Virus record (IMG/VR): IMGVR_UViG_2687453424_000001
DNA length: 64,000 bases
Direction: 5' to 3' (one strand)
DNA from: a virus
Lineage: Duplodnaviria > Heunggongvirae > Uroviricota > Caudoviricetes
Positions 39,834-52,094 of the stretch are shown in pieces. Numbering within the stretch: the stretch's first letter is position 1; each line of letters opens with the position of its first letter. Made by a program: the position numbers and the translations under genes. Under the pieces are notes generated by a model. That model was not told where the DNA came from and searched no databases. It saw only the letters and a list, made by a program, of their open reading frames with translations.

Positions 39834-42800
39834 ACGGGACTGTTTCTGTTTTAACTTAAAAAGAAACAGAATTTCCTAAAAGTAGTTTTGATCTCCTTGG
39901 GACATCTTGAGGACAATTACTTAATCAGAAGTTATGTATTACACCTTCTCTCAGAGATTTTCTGCTTCCTGTATATTTTTTTAACATTTTTCTTTAGATG
40001 TGGATGGACTGAACTCTCATTAAAATCAATGGAAAGTGCCTCTGGCAGTTTACTAGAGCAGGGTACAGTCGTTAGCATCTATTCAAAGACCACAGAAATC
40101 ACTAATGTCAGTAGAAAGCCTCCTACATGCACTGCTTAGCTCCTAAATCCGTACAGGAGAGGAGGGACAGGACAGTCAGCTAATGTGTATGTAGCCTGTT
40201 GTGGAAGAAAATCTTGTCATGGCATTACAGATTTTCCTCTTTTTTAATGCAGACTCATTAATTTGCTAAACCAGATGTTTCTGAGCCTGGCAGATCTATT
40301 AATCTGTGTATTTTCCAGTTTGCTAAACATTAAATTACCAGAAAAGTAAATGGAAACTCTCATTTACTTCTAGTGGTTAAGATCTCCTAACATAATCTAA
40401 AAGTGCTTAAAGCCAGAAATAAAAGGGAATAACCAAAGCCTACATTATCCTTGAGTTTCCATTCATCTCCCCATAAGGGAGCAGCCTTCCTCTTCTGGAG
40501 GAGCTCTGTGCACATGTATTAGAGTAATTTCCTCTGACAGTTCTCCTCATAGAAAGGAATATTCCTCCAGTTACTGTATCTCCAGGGGCACCCCTGCATA
40601 AAAAGGCATGTCTGCACTATTATAGGAATCATGTTAATGGACCTAAAATGTTTCAGTCAGGAAACTGAAAAATTTAGAGAGGATAATACAATGCAGAAGT
40701 ATTTTGTTGTTGAGATGTGACCACATGTGGGCTATTGACTCATCTGTATTTAACTTCTCACAGCCTTTGACTTGACCTTTCACTTGATTCCTTCTCCTGT
40801 CATTTTCTTGGTATGAAAAATTTTTGCTTTTCTTTTGACCTCTGTGAACTCATAAATTCTGGTTGTTCACACATGAAATCACAGAGCAAACAAGCAGATG
40901 AAAGAAATTCTGGTGAAGGAAAGGAGGTTGTCACAGTGCAGCTGGAGGATACCATGCAGCATTGTGCTCCTCTCCAGCTAGCTCACTTTTCTCTCACAAA
41001 TACCTTTCCACATCTTACCCTATGAGCTATGCCAGGTGTAGCTTGAAATGGGCCATGATCTCGCAGTAGCATGGTCAATACATATGTACCAGTTTAGACA
41101 CTTTAGACCAAAGTATCTCTGGGAGAGCTGCTCTGCATTCATTCATCTTTGTAGGTGCTGTTCTACACCCATACCCTAGATGAAAACTCAGGAACATCAC
41201 TCTTTAAGAAGACATTAGCGTGTCTGGTGTCTTCTTAAAACTTAAAACAGAAAGCTGTCCTCTTATTCTGAATTCATTTTTGCTACCTAGAGCAATTTTA
41301 TACAATCAGGACTAAAAATATTTCACATAAAGGATTCATACAGCTTCGGAAATAATTATTAGAAAAGCTGGTTGAGTTTTCTTCTGGTAAGAAAATTCAG
41401 CTAGGTCATACTGGATAGGGCTATTTCAGTCATGCTGGCAGGAAAGAATTTCTGGTTTCCAAAAGGGATTTCTGAAGAAATGCAGTGTGAACAATAACTA
41501 TCACTCCCAAAACATCTTATACTTTTTAAGATACGTTTTATGAGAAGCCTTACTGCTGCTCATTTCTTTAGAAGAAAATGGTGGCTTCTCACTTTTTCAA
41601 ATGTTTCAGCTGTCTGTCTCTCAAAAAGCGTCCTTACAATTAGCATTTTTGAACTGTCAGAAGGTGGTTGTTCTGTCATCTTAAGGGTGGCATAGTCTCC
41701 TCATGGTGATAATTTCCCCTATTTCTGTCTTGCATTTCTGCATTGCATGTCATGGATGCATTGCATATCTTCAGACACAGGGGGGTCTAAAAGTCAAGAC
41801 TGTCGTGGTGCCTCTCTAACCACTGAACTTATTGGAAAACCACTGAACTTACAGGTGAAAAGAAGTCAAAAAAGTATTTGTAGCTTTGTGCTTAACTTCT
41901 AGGTTTTCTTCTGAGCCTTTTAATTGACAGTTTGAAACTTTTGTTATTTCTGCACCTACCAAAGTGATTTTCCTTTGGAAGTAACACTGAAGACAGGTGT
42001 AAATGGAAGGGTTGGAAGGTATATTCAGACCATAAAATTGTTCTTATCATAAATTAAAAATCAACAGTCTCTTTCCCTTCTGTAATAATAATTAAAAAAA
42101 ATGGAAAAAAATATACTGACTAATGTACTCTTCATTCTTGTATCTCTGCTGCCCAAAGTAGAGGAAATTAGACTAAGCCCTGTATATTGATTGTCCTGAA
42201 CTTGCTTGGCAAGGATGAAAACTTGGGATTCATATAACAAGAAGACTGATTCTGGGTCTGTGGCTTGTACTGTGTGGTTGATGTTAAAAGCAGAAGGCTC
42301 AAGAACTGCCCAACACTGCTCTGAAAAATTATTGCAGGACTGCCTTGACCACCTAGTGGTAGTGCAGTGAATAAGGATGATATTCAGTTTAGCATTCACC
42401 TGCTTTTCTGAATGAAGCTGCTGCTAACGACAGGAACATTAATTTTTTGGCTGTTGCCCTGTAAAATATGTGGATGTAGAAGCCTTAACTTACAATGAGC
42501 AAAGTGGTTAATTAAGGAGATTCATTGATTTATTCTTAGCAAAGGACTGTTAGCCAATGTTCACTGCTAGTGAATTATTGAATTCAGATTGAGTGTAACA
42601 TAGGTGAGAAGAAATATTTTTCTTCCCTGGAATAATGTTTCTGTCTGATTTTCAAAGTATATTATATCTCCTCTGTTGTTCGGTTGTTATAATTACTAAA
42701 TTATGGTAATCTTTAAATAACTGGCTTTAATTTTATAGCAAAAATATTAATTACTATATTTAATAGAGTATTTGTCATTGCTTAACGTAATATTACTGAA

Positions 42801-45269
42801 ATCTTGGTTTGGAAGTAAGAAGTTCAAAGATGAGAGTTCAATAGATTTGGATCTTGCCTGAGGAATTCTTTTTAAAGCCATGCTTGGCACATGCTTGACA
42901 GCTTACCATTAAATGTATGCTTTTGAATTGCCTCCTGGTGGCATGGATTTTCAGATCGCATTGTAACTACGCAAGCGCCTGGAACCCTAACTCTCATAAT
43001 GCAAAGAATCAAAAATAGAACTGATGCTATTTATACTACCTATTTGGCTATGCATGAAATGATACTGAATAAAAGGCTTGTGTAGAAATCTCTTTCATAT
43101 TTTTATAGGGAATAATGAGCATACATTAAGAACAAATTACATATATCTGAACTTAATGGGTGAGGTGTCCCAGGCTTCTGCAAATGAATACTAATGGAAG
43201 GAAGCTGCAATATATATTGAACATTTAATTAACTTTTGGGGCAAGACTGTCAGCGCATGACACAGTAGCAGCACGTGTAAGAAAAGCAAACAAACAAGTA
43301 ACTCCTCAATCTGTATTTACAAGTACAGTTCCAGAATGGGAAGCAAGAGACATTTTAGCAGCGATTTTTCTGCAGAAGAATCCTAATGCCTCCACACTGC
43401 TGCAGCTGGTGTGTACACATGAAAGAAACACAAACGGGATTGTTCTCCTTTGGCCCTTACTTGCATAGCTTTCTGTTTTCTCCTTTATTTTTTCACTAGC
43501 ATTCATGTGGACTGTGATTGAGATGGCCATGGATTTACTGTGCTCTGTCAGGAGCAGAACTGAAGAGTCTGTGATCTGTGAAAAGATGGAGCTATGTGGT
43601 GCTTGATCGGGATCTCTGTGTGCATCCATGTCTACATTACAACCAGAGTGAATCTACTTTTGGGCTGGCCCAAAGTTTTTTAAACCTGAATTGACTGTTG
43701 ATATGCAGGTTATATTTTAATCTTGTACAAGTTGGTATCACCTGTAAACAGAGGAGAACTGTGTTTGCAGTCCTTGTAAATTGCTATGAATACATTACAT
43801 TACCACATTAAGAAATGCGTATAGAATATAACTCTGGCTGAAGCATTTGACTTTCTGGAAAAACAGCCAAAATATTTGTATCTCAGTGAAGGCAGAACAG
43901 CACAGAAAACAATCAGCTAAGATATTTTCTCATCAGCTAGTCTATTTCCTTATCATACAAGCAGCTCCTGGCAATGTCAACTACTGCAGCCTATGACACT
44001 TCAGTCTAAGAAACTTCTTTGCGTTGTGAGCAGCACATTAACGTATAGTATATAATTGATGATGCTAGTGATCCTTGTAGTCTCTACTAGGATACTATTA
44101 AACAGGTTTTAGCCAGTTAATTACAGAAGTAGAGGAGGTGTTGCTTATGTGTTTGTTATTCAAGAAGTTTCTTTCGTAACATTTGGCTTAAGTACCATTG
44201 GTGCAGTAATATTGTATCATGTGTTTCTAAGGAAATGTGAAGATGTGAGAGACAGCTCACAGACCAAATAGACTGATTATTCTGTCTCAAAGCTGAGTTA
44301 ATCCCCTGATGTTTAGCTGATGTACAGCTGGGAGTTGATCAGCTGGGGAACCGCAAGCAAATGATAAATAGCACCTGTTCCTAGGAGCTAAATTTCCTCT
44401 CTGTGTTGAATTTTGTAAGCAGGGATGCCTTTGTCATGGGTAGCTGTCGATTCCGTCTTGGGTCATTTTGTTACATTTGGGAGCTCTGATTTGCGATTTG
44501 GGGAAACAGCTACATTTTGTCAAGCGTTTCTGAGTGTATGAATTTCTGTCTTACAGTTTGATCTCTGAATGCAGGGTAAACTTCCCATTAAGTGTAAGTG
44601 TGGTGTTTGTTGTCACTGAGTATGTATTTTTGCTCAAAGAGGTCTTTTGGACTCAAAACACTGCATTTTTTGGTTGCAATGAGTCTGTCTTAATGCTAAT
44701 TCACCAGTGAGTGCTATGTCTTGCCTGGCCACAGCCCATAGGAGAGCTGTGGTGTTTTGGGGACAGGGGTCCTCTGAGGTCCCCTGGTACTTCAAGGACC
44801 TGCACATTTTGGTTATCCAACCCTTTGCCCTGTTGGGGCTGAGGAGAGGCAAGTCTAGCTTTCTGTGCTTGTCCCACCTTGCAAACACAAGGACCAGTGC
44901 ATGTATACAGTCAGACACCACCAATCTTTCTAGTTGCTGCATAAGGCATGTACCAGGAATAAACTGCTCTTAAGTTTGCTTTTACATCTCTATGTAACCT
45001 ACCTAGCCTTCTTTCTTGCACAAAGTGCAGTTAGTTACTTGGATTCACTTTGGGATAGATAGAGCTTGAACTAAATCTCAGAAAATGTTCACATTTACTG
45101 TTCACATACTGCAGACATTGCAGGTGCTATAGTCACTGTAGGAAGAAACCTCCCACCCAGAGAAGCGCTGCCTGCCTAGAAATGTGGGTTTGGGTTTGAA
45201 ATAGTTTTAAGCTTGGGCAATTGCTGGTTCTCTGTTCTCCTAACTCAGAAAAACTGTAAAAGGTCTTAC

Positions 45270-45597
45270 TTTCTGATGATGCTGGGGAGGGACTATTCAT
45301 CAGGGACTGTAGTGACAGGACAAGGGGTAACGGGTTCAAACTTAAACAGGGGAAGTTTAGATTGGATATAAGGAAGAAATTCTTTACTGAGAGGGTGGTG
45401 AGGCACTGGAATGGGTTGCCCAGGGAGGTTGTGAATGCTCCATCCTTGGCGGTGTTCAAGGCCAGGGTGGATGAGGCCTTGGGTGGCATGGTTTAGTGTG
45501 GGGTGTCCCTGCCCATGGCAGGTTGGAACTAGATGATCTTAAGGTCCTTTCCAACCCTAACTATTCTATGATTCTATGATTCTATGAAGTCAAAGAT
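45270..45597 (+). mobile_element. CR1 LINE 3'-terminal fragment (about 330 bp), same subfamily as 16580-16915 but opposite orientation
   Basis: gggactgtagtgacaggacaaggggtaacgggttcaaacttaaacaggggaagtttagattggatataaggaagaaattctttactgagagggtggtgaggcactggaatgggttgcccagggaggttgtgaatgctccatcc...ggaactagatgatcttaaggtcctttccaaccctaactattctatgattctatgattctatgaag. The minus-strand ORF 45133..45489 is antisense read-through of this repeat. Confidence 0.92.
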
Positions 45598-47265
45598 GGG
45601 ATAATGCTCTTAAGATTTTTCCTGGGGTAAGGGAAGGTGCTAGTAATTTGCTGAAATGGTGTTATTCTCACTATCAGTAACAAGCCTCTGCACACCAGTA
45701 CAGGAACTGTCTCTCAATGGTTTCGCATTAGCCTGTGAGTTTTGAGTGAGTCAGGCAGGGACAGGATCTGCAGGAGCAAAGGGAATGTTAGAGTTGAAGG
45801 AGATCACAAGCTTACTACCCAAAATGTGAATTACATCTTATCAAACTGCCAGAAAAGCCAGCAAGTAGTAAGTCGCATCCTATTTTATGTAGCTGGCAGG
45901 CAATAAACAGTGGTCAACCTGCTGCCTCGTATCACTTTCTGCAGGATCTGTGGCTTGACTACATTTTATTACCTGCTAGCTTTTCTGCTGGTTTCGTAAA
46001 ATGTGATTTTAAGCGATTGCATGACCTCCTTAATTCATCTTGCAGTGCGTGTGTGTTCAGGGACTTCACTATGTATATGTGGTCTAACTTGATCAAATAC
46101 AATGAACTGTAGATGCCATGGCACTTGTGAAGTGTGTAGGAAAACAAATATTGAATGGAAAAAAGAAGGTACATCAAGAAGTCCCTGTTAAACTGACAAG
46201 GGAGCGCAGAAAGGAAAGAGAAGAAAAACAGTAAAAGGTCAATTAAAGTGCAAAACTTGCATTTACAATACACCAGAGGTCAAGAGAGCAATAATAAATG
46301 ACATTTTGATGTGTAAAAATGCACATAAAATTATAGTAGGTAACTTTATGTATTTTAGATGACCTTATACGTGTTAAAATGGCCAACACATGAGTTGGAA
46401 GAAGATTTCTCTGTCAGCAAACCTGCAATTACTGGCTGTGTGCAGAAGTTGGTGCTGGTTCCTGGGAGAAGCCAGACCTGCAGCACTATATGTGCTGCTG
46501 GAAATGGTGAGGAGTGGAGCCCAAAGGACTGAAATAAGCCCAGGGTTGTATTGGGGCAGCTCCTTTTGTCTTCACTGTGAATTAAATCAACATCTGCTGC
46601 TAGGTATAGTTGGGTGAAGGCTGGATTTTTCCGCTTCCAAAATAAGTATTTTCTACCTACGGGTATGCCAGATACTGGCTTATAAATGTTTCCAGTCAAA
46701 AAAACCCACAGGATAGATTAGGGGAGAAAGTGTAACAGTGCCGAGGGAGAAAAAAAATATGAAATAATTGTCTTCTTTCTGTGTTTTGAAAGCTGTTTTT
46801 TCCTCCAGTTTAACTCAGTTATACTTTGATCAGGTGCTTTTGGTTTGTTGTTGTTTTTTTTTTCCCACTCACTGTGAATGTAGAATTCAGTACTTTTTCT
46901 CTTTCATACAAAAAAGCATCCATTAAGATAAACTTCAGTGTGGTTCTGTAGCACAACTTGTGGCTGTCATGGGAGATCCCTGGTTGCATTCATGTCATCA
47001 GGGATTTTTTTTTTATAAAGTATTTGTTAAAAATGGTTATGTCAGAAACATTAAGAAAACTTTTTATCATTACAGGTGAAATAAATACAAAACCAAACCA
47101 ATTAATATAAAATCCATAAAATATTTACCTTACTGTATTGAATCATTTGATGTAATATAATTACACTCTGTGTTGGTTTCTCATAATCATTATGTTCTGA
47201 TAGGAAAACTAGGAATGAACTAAAAGGAAGAAACAGACTAATCTGTATCATTTCTCTTAGTGTCT

Positions 47266-47360
47266 TATAGAATCATAGAATCATACAGTGGTTTGGGATA
47301 GAAGGGACCTTTAAAGGCCAGCTAGTCCAGCCCCCAGCAATGAGCAGAAACTTCTTCACC
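47266..47360 (-). mobile_element. Short CR1 LINE 3'-terminal fragment
   Basis: atagaatcatagaatcatacagtggtttgggatagaagggacctttaaaggccagctagtccagcccccagcaatgagcag is the antisense CR1 terminus with octamer repeats. Confidence 0.8.
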
Positions 47361-50300
47361 ATTTTATTTCACATTGTTTCTTTGTTGTTGTTGAGTCTTA
47401 TTCTACAGTGTGCAAATTTGTCATGGAATAACTGTAAATTATAAAATTGATCAGGTTTCATTTTTTTGTATTTAAAGCCTGTTCTTAGCTGCACTAATGA
47501 AATTCCCTAGTCACTGGGATCTATGGTGTGGTGTAATGAACAGGCTCAGGAAACAAGTGTCTAATTTTGGGTGTAGATGGTCTTGGAAATCTGGCTAAAT
47601 AAAAGCTTTTCCAAGCAGAACCATCAGGAGGAAACCATTGCTTTCTCTGATGAGTTCCCATCCGTGGAACAGAGCTTTTCATAGCACACCTGACAGCCCA
47701 CCGACAGCCGCTTATAAATCATGGAAATAATGGTCGATGGGGCACCATTGAAACAGACACCAGTAGCTGGAATAGATAAGCTTCACCCCAGAAAAGCTGG
47801 TGCAGCCTGGCAGCCAACAGAGCAGCAGCAGAAGAGGGGTAGCTTTGTGCTCCAAACCAATGGGGGTCCCATGGTCCCCAAGCCCCTGCCCTTCCTATGT
47901 CTCATGGCCCCTCAGGCTCCCAGGGCAAGTCTTCTGCAATTTGAGGTGCTCACCTTGAGTCTGCATGCACCACACTGCTGCCACATGTGCTGCACTCTAT
48001 GTTTCTGATTCAGTCATTTAAGCTGTTGGTTTGAAATGGAGTTTTGCGTGTCCAATATGAACATTTCTGAAATAAGCATTATTCTCCATTTTAATATTGG
48101 AAATCCAGGGTAATGTCAGTGTTACAATCTATACCCAATGAAGATGGGATTCTCAGTGATCAATATTAGTTTCTCCATAACTATGGAAATAAATATATAT
48201 TTAATGTTTTCAGTAGACAGCGGGTGTAGACTTAGGCTAAACCTGAACACATATGAGAATCTCAGGCATGTTCTGGGAGCCAGCATGTTCACTGCTTATA
48301 CCTAAGGTTAGACTCAGAGGTAACTATTAAGAAAACTGAACAAAACTGCCTTGAATTTTCTGAGGCATTGCAAACCTGTTCACTGTAGGGGTTGTGGACT
48401 CCTGGAAAGCAAAGATGCGTAAAACCAGAATCCTGACTTTAGGCAACTGGGTGTGAAGAATATTGTCTCAAATCTGTGCAATAAAGTGGAAAAACTTTTG
48501 CTGTAGTAATCTCAGACAGGTGTCAGCTTTGGTACATACCAGACAATCTTTGAAAAATATGACAATGAAATAATGGAAAATAACTTTGGCCTATAGGTTA
48601 AATCCTGCACACTGAGTAAAACTGGGCAGACTATCATTCAAGAAAATAGTACAAAAAAGAGGGAATTTCTTCTTGTTGAATTAATAAAAGGCATATCTTG
48701 AAGATTTTCTCTCACAGACTGAGACTAATTTCCAGGTTATCAAACTGTCATATCTGAGTCTTTCCACAGAATGCAGCCCTTCTGCACTGCATTTTTAACA
48801 TAGCAAGTTGCTACAGAACATCTAATGAAATAGCAAAGAGCTTGCAAGTATGGTGCAGCTAAGTGTTTTCAGATGTGCAGAAAGTAATTCCTAGATTCAG
48901 AATCTTAATCTGTAGTGTTTGACATCTGTCACAGGGTATCAAATTTGGAACCCCGTGCATGAAAGGCACTCAAGTCTTTAACAAGCTACCCTTGTTTTGG
49001 CAGATTCACTTCTACCTACTCCTATTTTTGTGTGAAGACAAAAGTGACAAAATGCTTCAAGTTAGATGATAAAAATATCTTTCCTACTGTTCAGTAACCT
49101 CTGTGCACCTGGTCTCCATGGTGCTGTAGGATGGGGAGGCCAAGAGCCAGGCAGCTTTAGTTATCAGTCTCTTCAGCATGACTCCCTGTACGGAGATGGG
49201 GCTGGCAGAGGTTAAGCAGCAAAATTTCTGCTGTTAGACCAACAGCATCTCCTCTAATGTTACTGTGCGCTCAGGTATAACTGAAGAAAAATAAAGAAAA
49301 AACCCACCAATAAAACTCTAGAGGCATTGCTATTCACTTTCAGACAGGAGAAGAATCTCTGCATTTCATTTTGCCAAACTTCCATTAGAAGAGCCAAATC
49401 TCAGAAAAATTCCTGTGTTTTTCACCCCTCTCTGTAGATTAACCAGAGGAGGGAGAACAGAGAGAGTTCCTGTGCTTTTTTCTCCCCACTCCCAGGGTCT
49501 AGGGCAGTGTTTCAGGAGCAGCTGAAGTCAGGAGACACCTTGGAGGAAGTTACCTGTATCACGGTGGGGTTATATGGCAGCAGTTGTTCAAAGCAGAGGT
49601 CTCGCTTTCTCATAATCTACTGTCTTCCACCCTCATTCCACAGCTTCTTTGCAAGGCTACAGGAGTCCACATAAAGGCAAACCTTGCAGGCAGTCTTCTC
49701 CAACAGCCAGAAACCCCATCTGGGTCTGAGGCCTGGAGCTGGTCTTGGTCCCAGCTGTGCAGTACTCAGTAGCTGCTTTGCTCAGTGGCCACTCTCATGA
49801 GCAAGGCGATGCCAGCCAACCTTGCCATGACAGCACTTGTCTGTTCCCAGTCTGCTTTTGCGTTAACAATATGTACTTTATTTTTCCAGTAAGATTTTTT
49901 TAAAGGGTGTAACTGTCTGTTGTCAACCTAAAATGAAAAGCCTGATGTTTGCCATCCTGGGGGAAACAGCTAGGGCGTTTGTGGAAGTCATTATTCTCCA
50001 GAGCTGCTGGTGGCAGCAGCTGGTGCCGAGTCCCCAACGGGGGAGACTCAGGCATGAGAGATGCAGCCGTGGAGATGTCTTCCTGGCATAACAGCCATCT
50101 GCATGATCCTTCATCAGGCTCTTCCAAACTGCTCAGAAGAAAAACATTATTGTGGGTTGAGCCAAATATGTTAAACGTTTTCTTCCTGAGACAATTTATT
50201 CAAGTTTGGGGCATTTTAATAAAATTCTAGGAAATATGCATGCATTCTTCAATGTTGTTAGAAAAAGTTAAATGAGCCTTAAAGCAACAATATTCTGGTT

Positions 50301-50374
50301 TAGGTCATTGTTGGTTATTTTTCAAATAAGGAGACTTGTTTCTGTCATAAACTGAAAATGTGAGAAGGCACCAG

Positions 50375-50870
50375 TGGATACTCCCCACTTGGAGTTCTGC
50401 ACTCAGTTCTGAGGCCCCCAACATAACAAGGACATGGACCTGTTGGAGTGAGTCCAGAGGAGGGCCCTGAAGGTGGTCAGAGGGCTGGAGCACCTCTTCT
50501 GTGAGGACAGGCTGAGGGAGTTTGGATTGTTCAGCCTGCAGAAGAGTAGGCTCCGAGCAGTTTCCAGTACCTAAAGGGGGCCTACAAGAAATCTGGAGAG
50601 GGACTTTTCACAAGGGCATGCAATGACAGGACAAGGGGGAATGGCTTTAAACAGAAAGAGGTGAGATCTAGATTAACTATTAGGAAGAAATTATTCTCTA
50701 TGAGGGTGGTGAGACACTGGCACAGGTTCATCCCTGTCAGTGTTCAAGGCCAGGTTGGATGGGGCTTTGAGCAACTTGCTCTAGTGGAAGGTGCCCCTGC
50801 AAGTGGCAGGGGGATTAGAACTAGATGATCCTTAAGGTCCCCTCCAACCCAAACAATTTTATGATTCTGT
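50375..50870 (+). mobile_element. CR1 LINE fragment: ORF2 C-terminal region plus 3' UTR, with internal deletions
   Basis: ctccccacttggagttctgcactcagttctgaggcccccaacataacaaggacatggacctgttggagtgagtccagaggagggccctgaaggtggtcagagggctggagcacctcttctgtgaggacaggctgagggagtttggattgttcagcctgcagaag...cctaaagggggcctacaagaaatctggagagggacttttcacaagggcatgcaatgacaggacaaggggg...ccaacccaaacaattttatgattctgtg matches the CR1 ORF2 C-terminus and 3' end. Confidence 0.9.
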
Positions 50871-52081
50871 GTAAAGCCTTTGGTCTGTCAGCCCATTTTT
50901 GTATCTCTATTCCCTGGTAAATGTATAAAGTAGTCCAATTGGCTTCACTCCAAAAGGAGTTAAGAAACTGTTGAGAAGTATGCAGAGAAATACTGGCTGG
51001 TGTCTTGGCACTGTCTTCACTCTTTAAACAAGAACTCAGCCTGTTCAGCAACCCTAAAGTTCAGACTTGTGGTTGTGATACATGTCTTAACTGCCACTAG
51101 AATTACCACCTTTGTAATTGTAATGTGTTTTAATTACTGCAAGTTAAAAGATACTTTGTTTTGCACTTTTACTCTGCCTTTGGTCATATTTGCACAGCTC
51201 TCAAAGCACAGGGGTACCTGAGGAGAGAACACAGCATGGGTTAATGAACAGATAGTTTTACTGCAGGGCAGAATGCAACAATCAATAATGTGGCTCTGCC
51301 AGTGCTAGCCACTGCTTTCTTCCCAAACCTGGTCAATGTCTTGGGAAGTCAACTGTGATAATTCAATAGAGTCTAAGCTCCCGTCGGCTGAACCACTACA
51401 TCAGCCAGATTTAACCTGTTGGGGTTTTTTTCTAAGTCAGCTCCCTTTGTTCCGTAAGCTACCTCTACAACATGAAGAACTCCCAACAGGAGCTGTTTTC
51501 TTTATTACATGGGTTATGTTACAAAGTTATTGCTGTCTTCTCAAATTAAACAGAAGTATTGTATGGCTGTTTAAAGAACAGTAGAACAAACATAATTCTG
51601 TTTTGTGTGGGTGAATTTCTGTAAAGTCAGCTTACTTTGCTTTGGGCTTCATTTGGCAGCGTGTCAATGTCTGTGTGGGGAAATTGGCATATATTACCTT
51701 TTCATTCATGGGATCTCATTTATAAAAAGAAAAGGCAAGTCCAAAAGCTTTTTACAAATTTCAGACCAGTAGACAGACCAAAGTTGCAGGGATGGTTTAG
51801 TTCATTTTAGAGACGATTCTGCTACAAACTCCCATTCCAGTTTGGGTTGACATAATATTGTTATATGTTTGCACCATATGTTTATAATTTTAAACAGCTT
51901 GGGGGAAAACAAACAGAAACTGCGCCTCCTGTTAGAGGGACCTATTGGCAATATAATCCTGGGCAGAAAATTCAGATGGTGAATTGCATCTCTCAGAACA
52001 TCAGTCAAACCTGGTCAGCAAGGAATGAGTAAACAATGCTTTTATTAACCTGAATTTAGTCACTGATAGTGTGTTTCTTAG

Positions 52082-52094
52082 AAAAAAAAAAAAA
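52082..52094. repeat. Poly(A) homopolymer (A13)
   Basis: gaaaaaaaaaaaaattaaat seen directly. Confidence 0.9.

Noticed and set aside
45133-45489. 118-aa minus-strand ORF
   Set aside because: Antisense read-through of the CR1 3' fragment at 45270-45597; the same peptide pattern (FQCLTTL.VKNFFL) appears antisense to the other CR1 copies.
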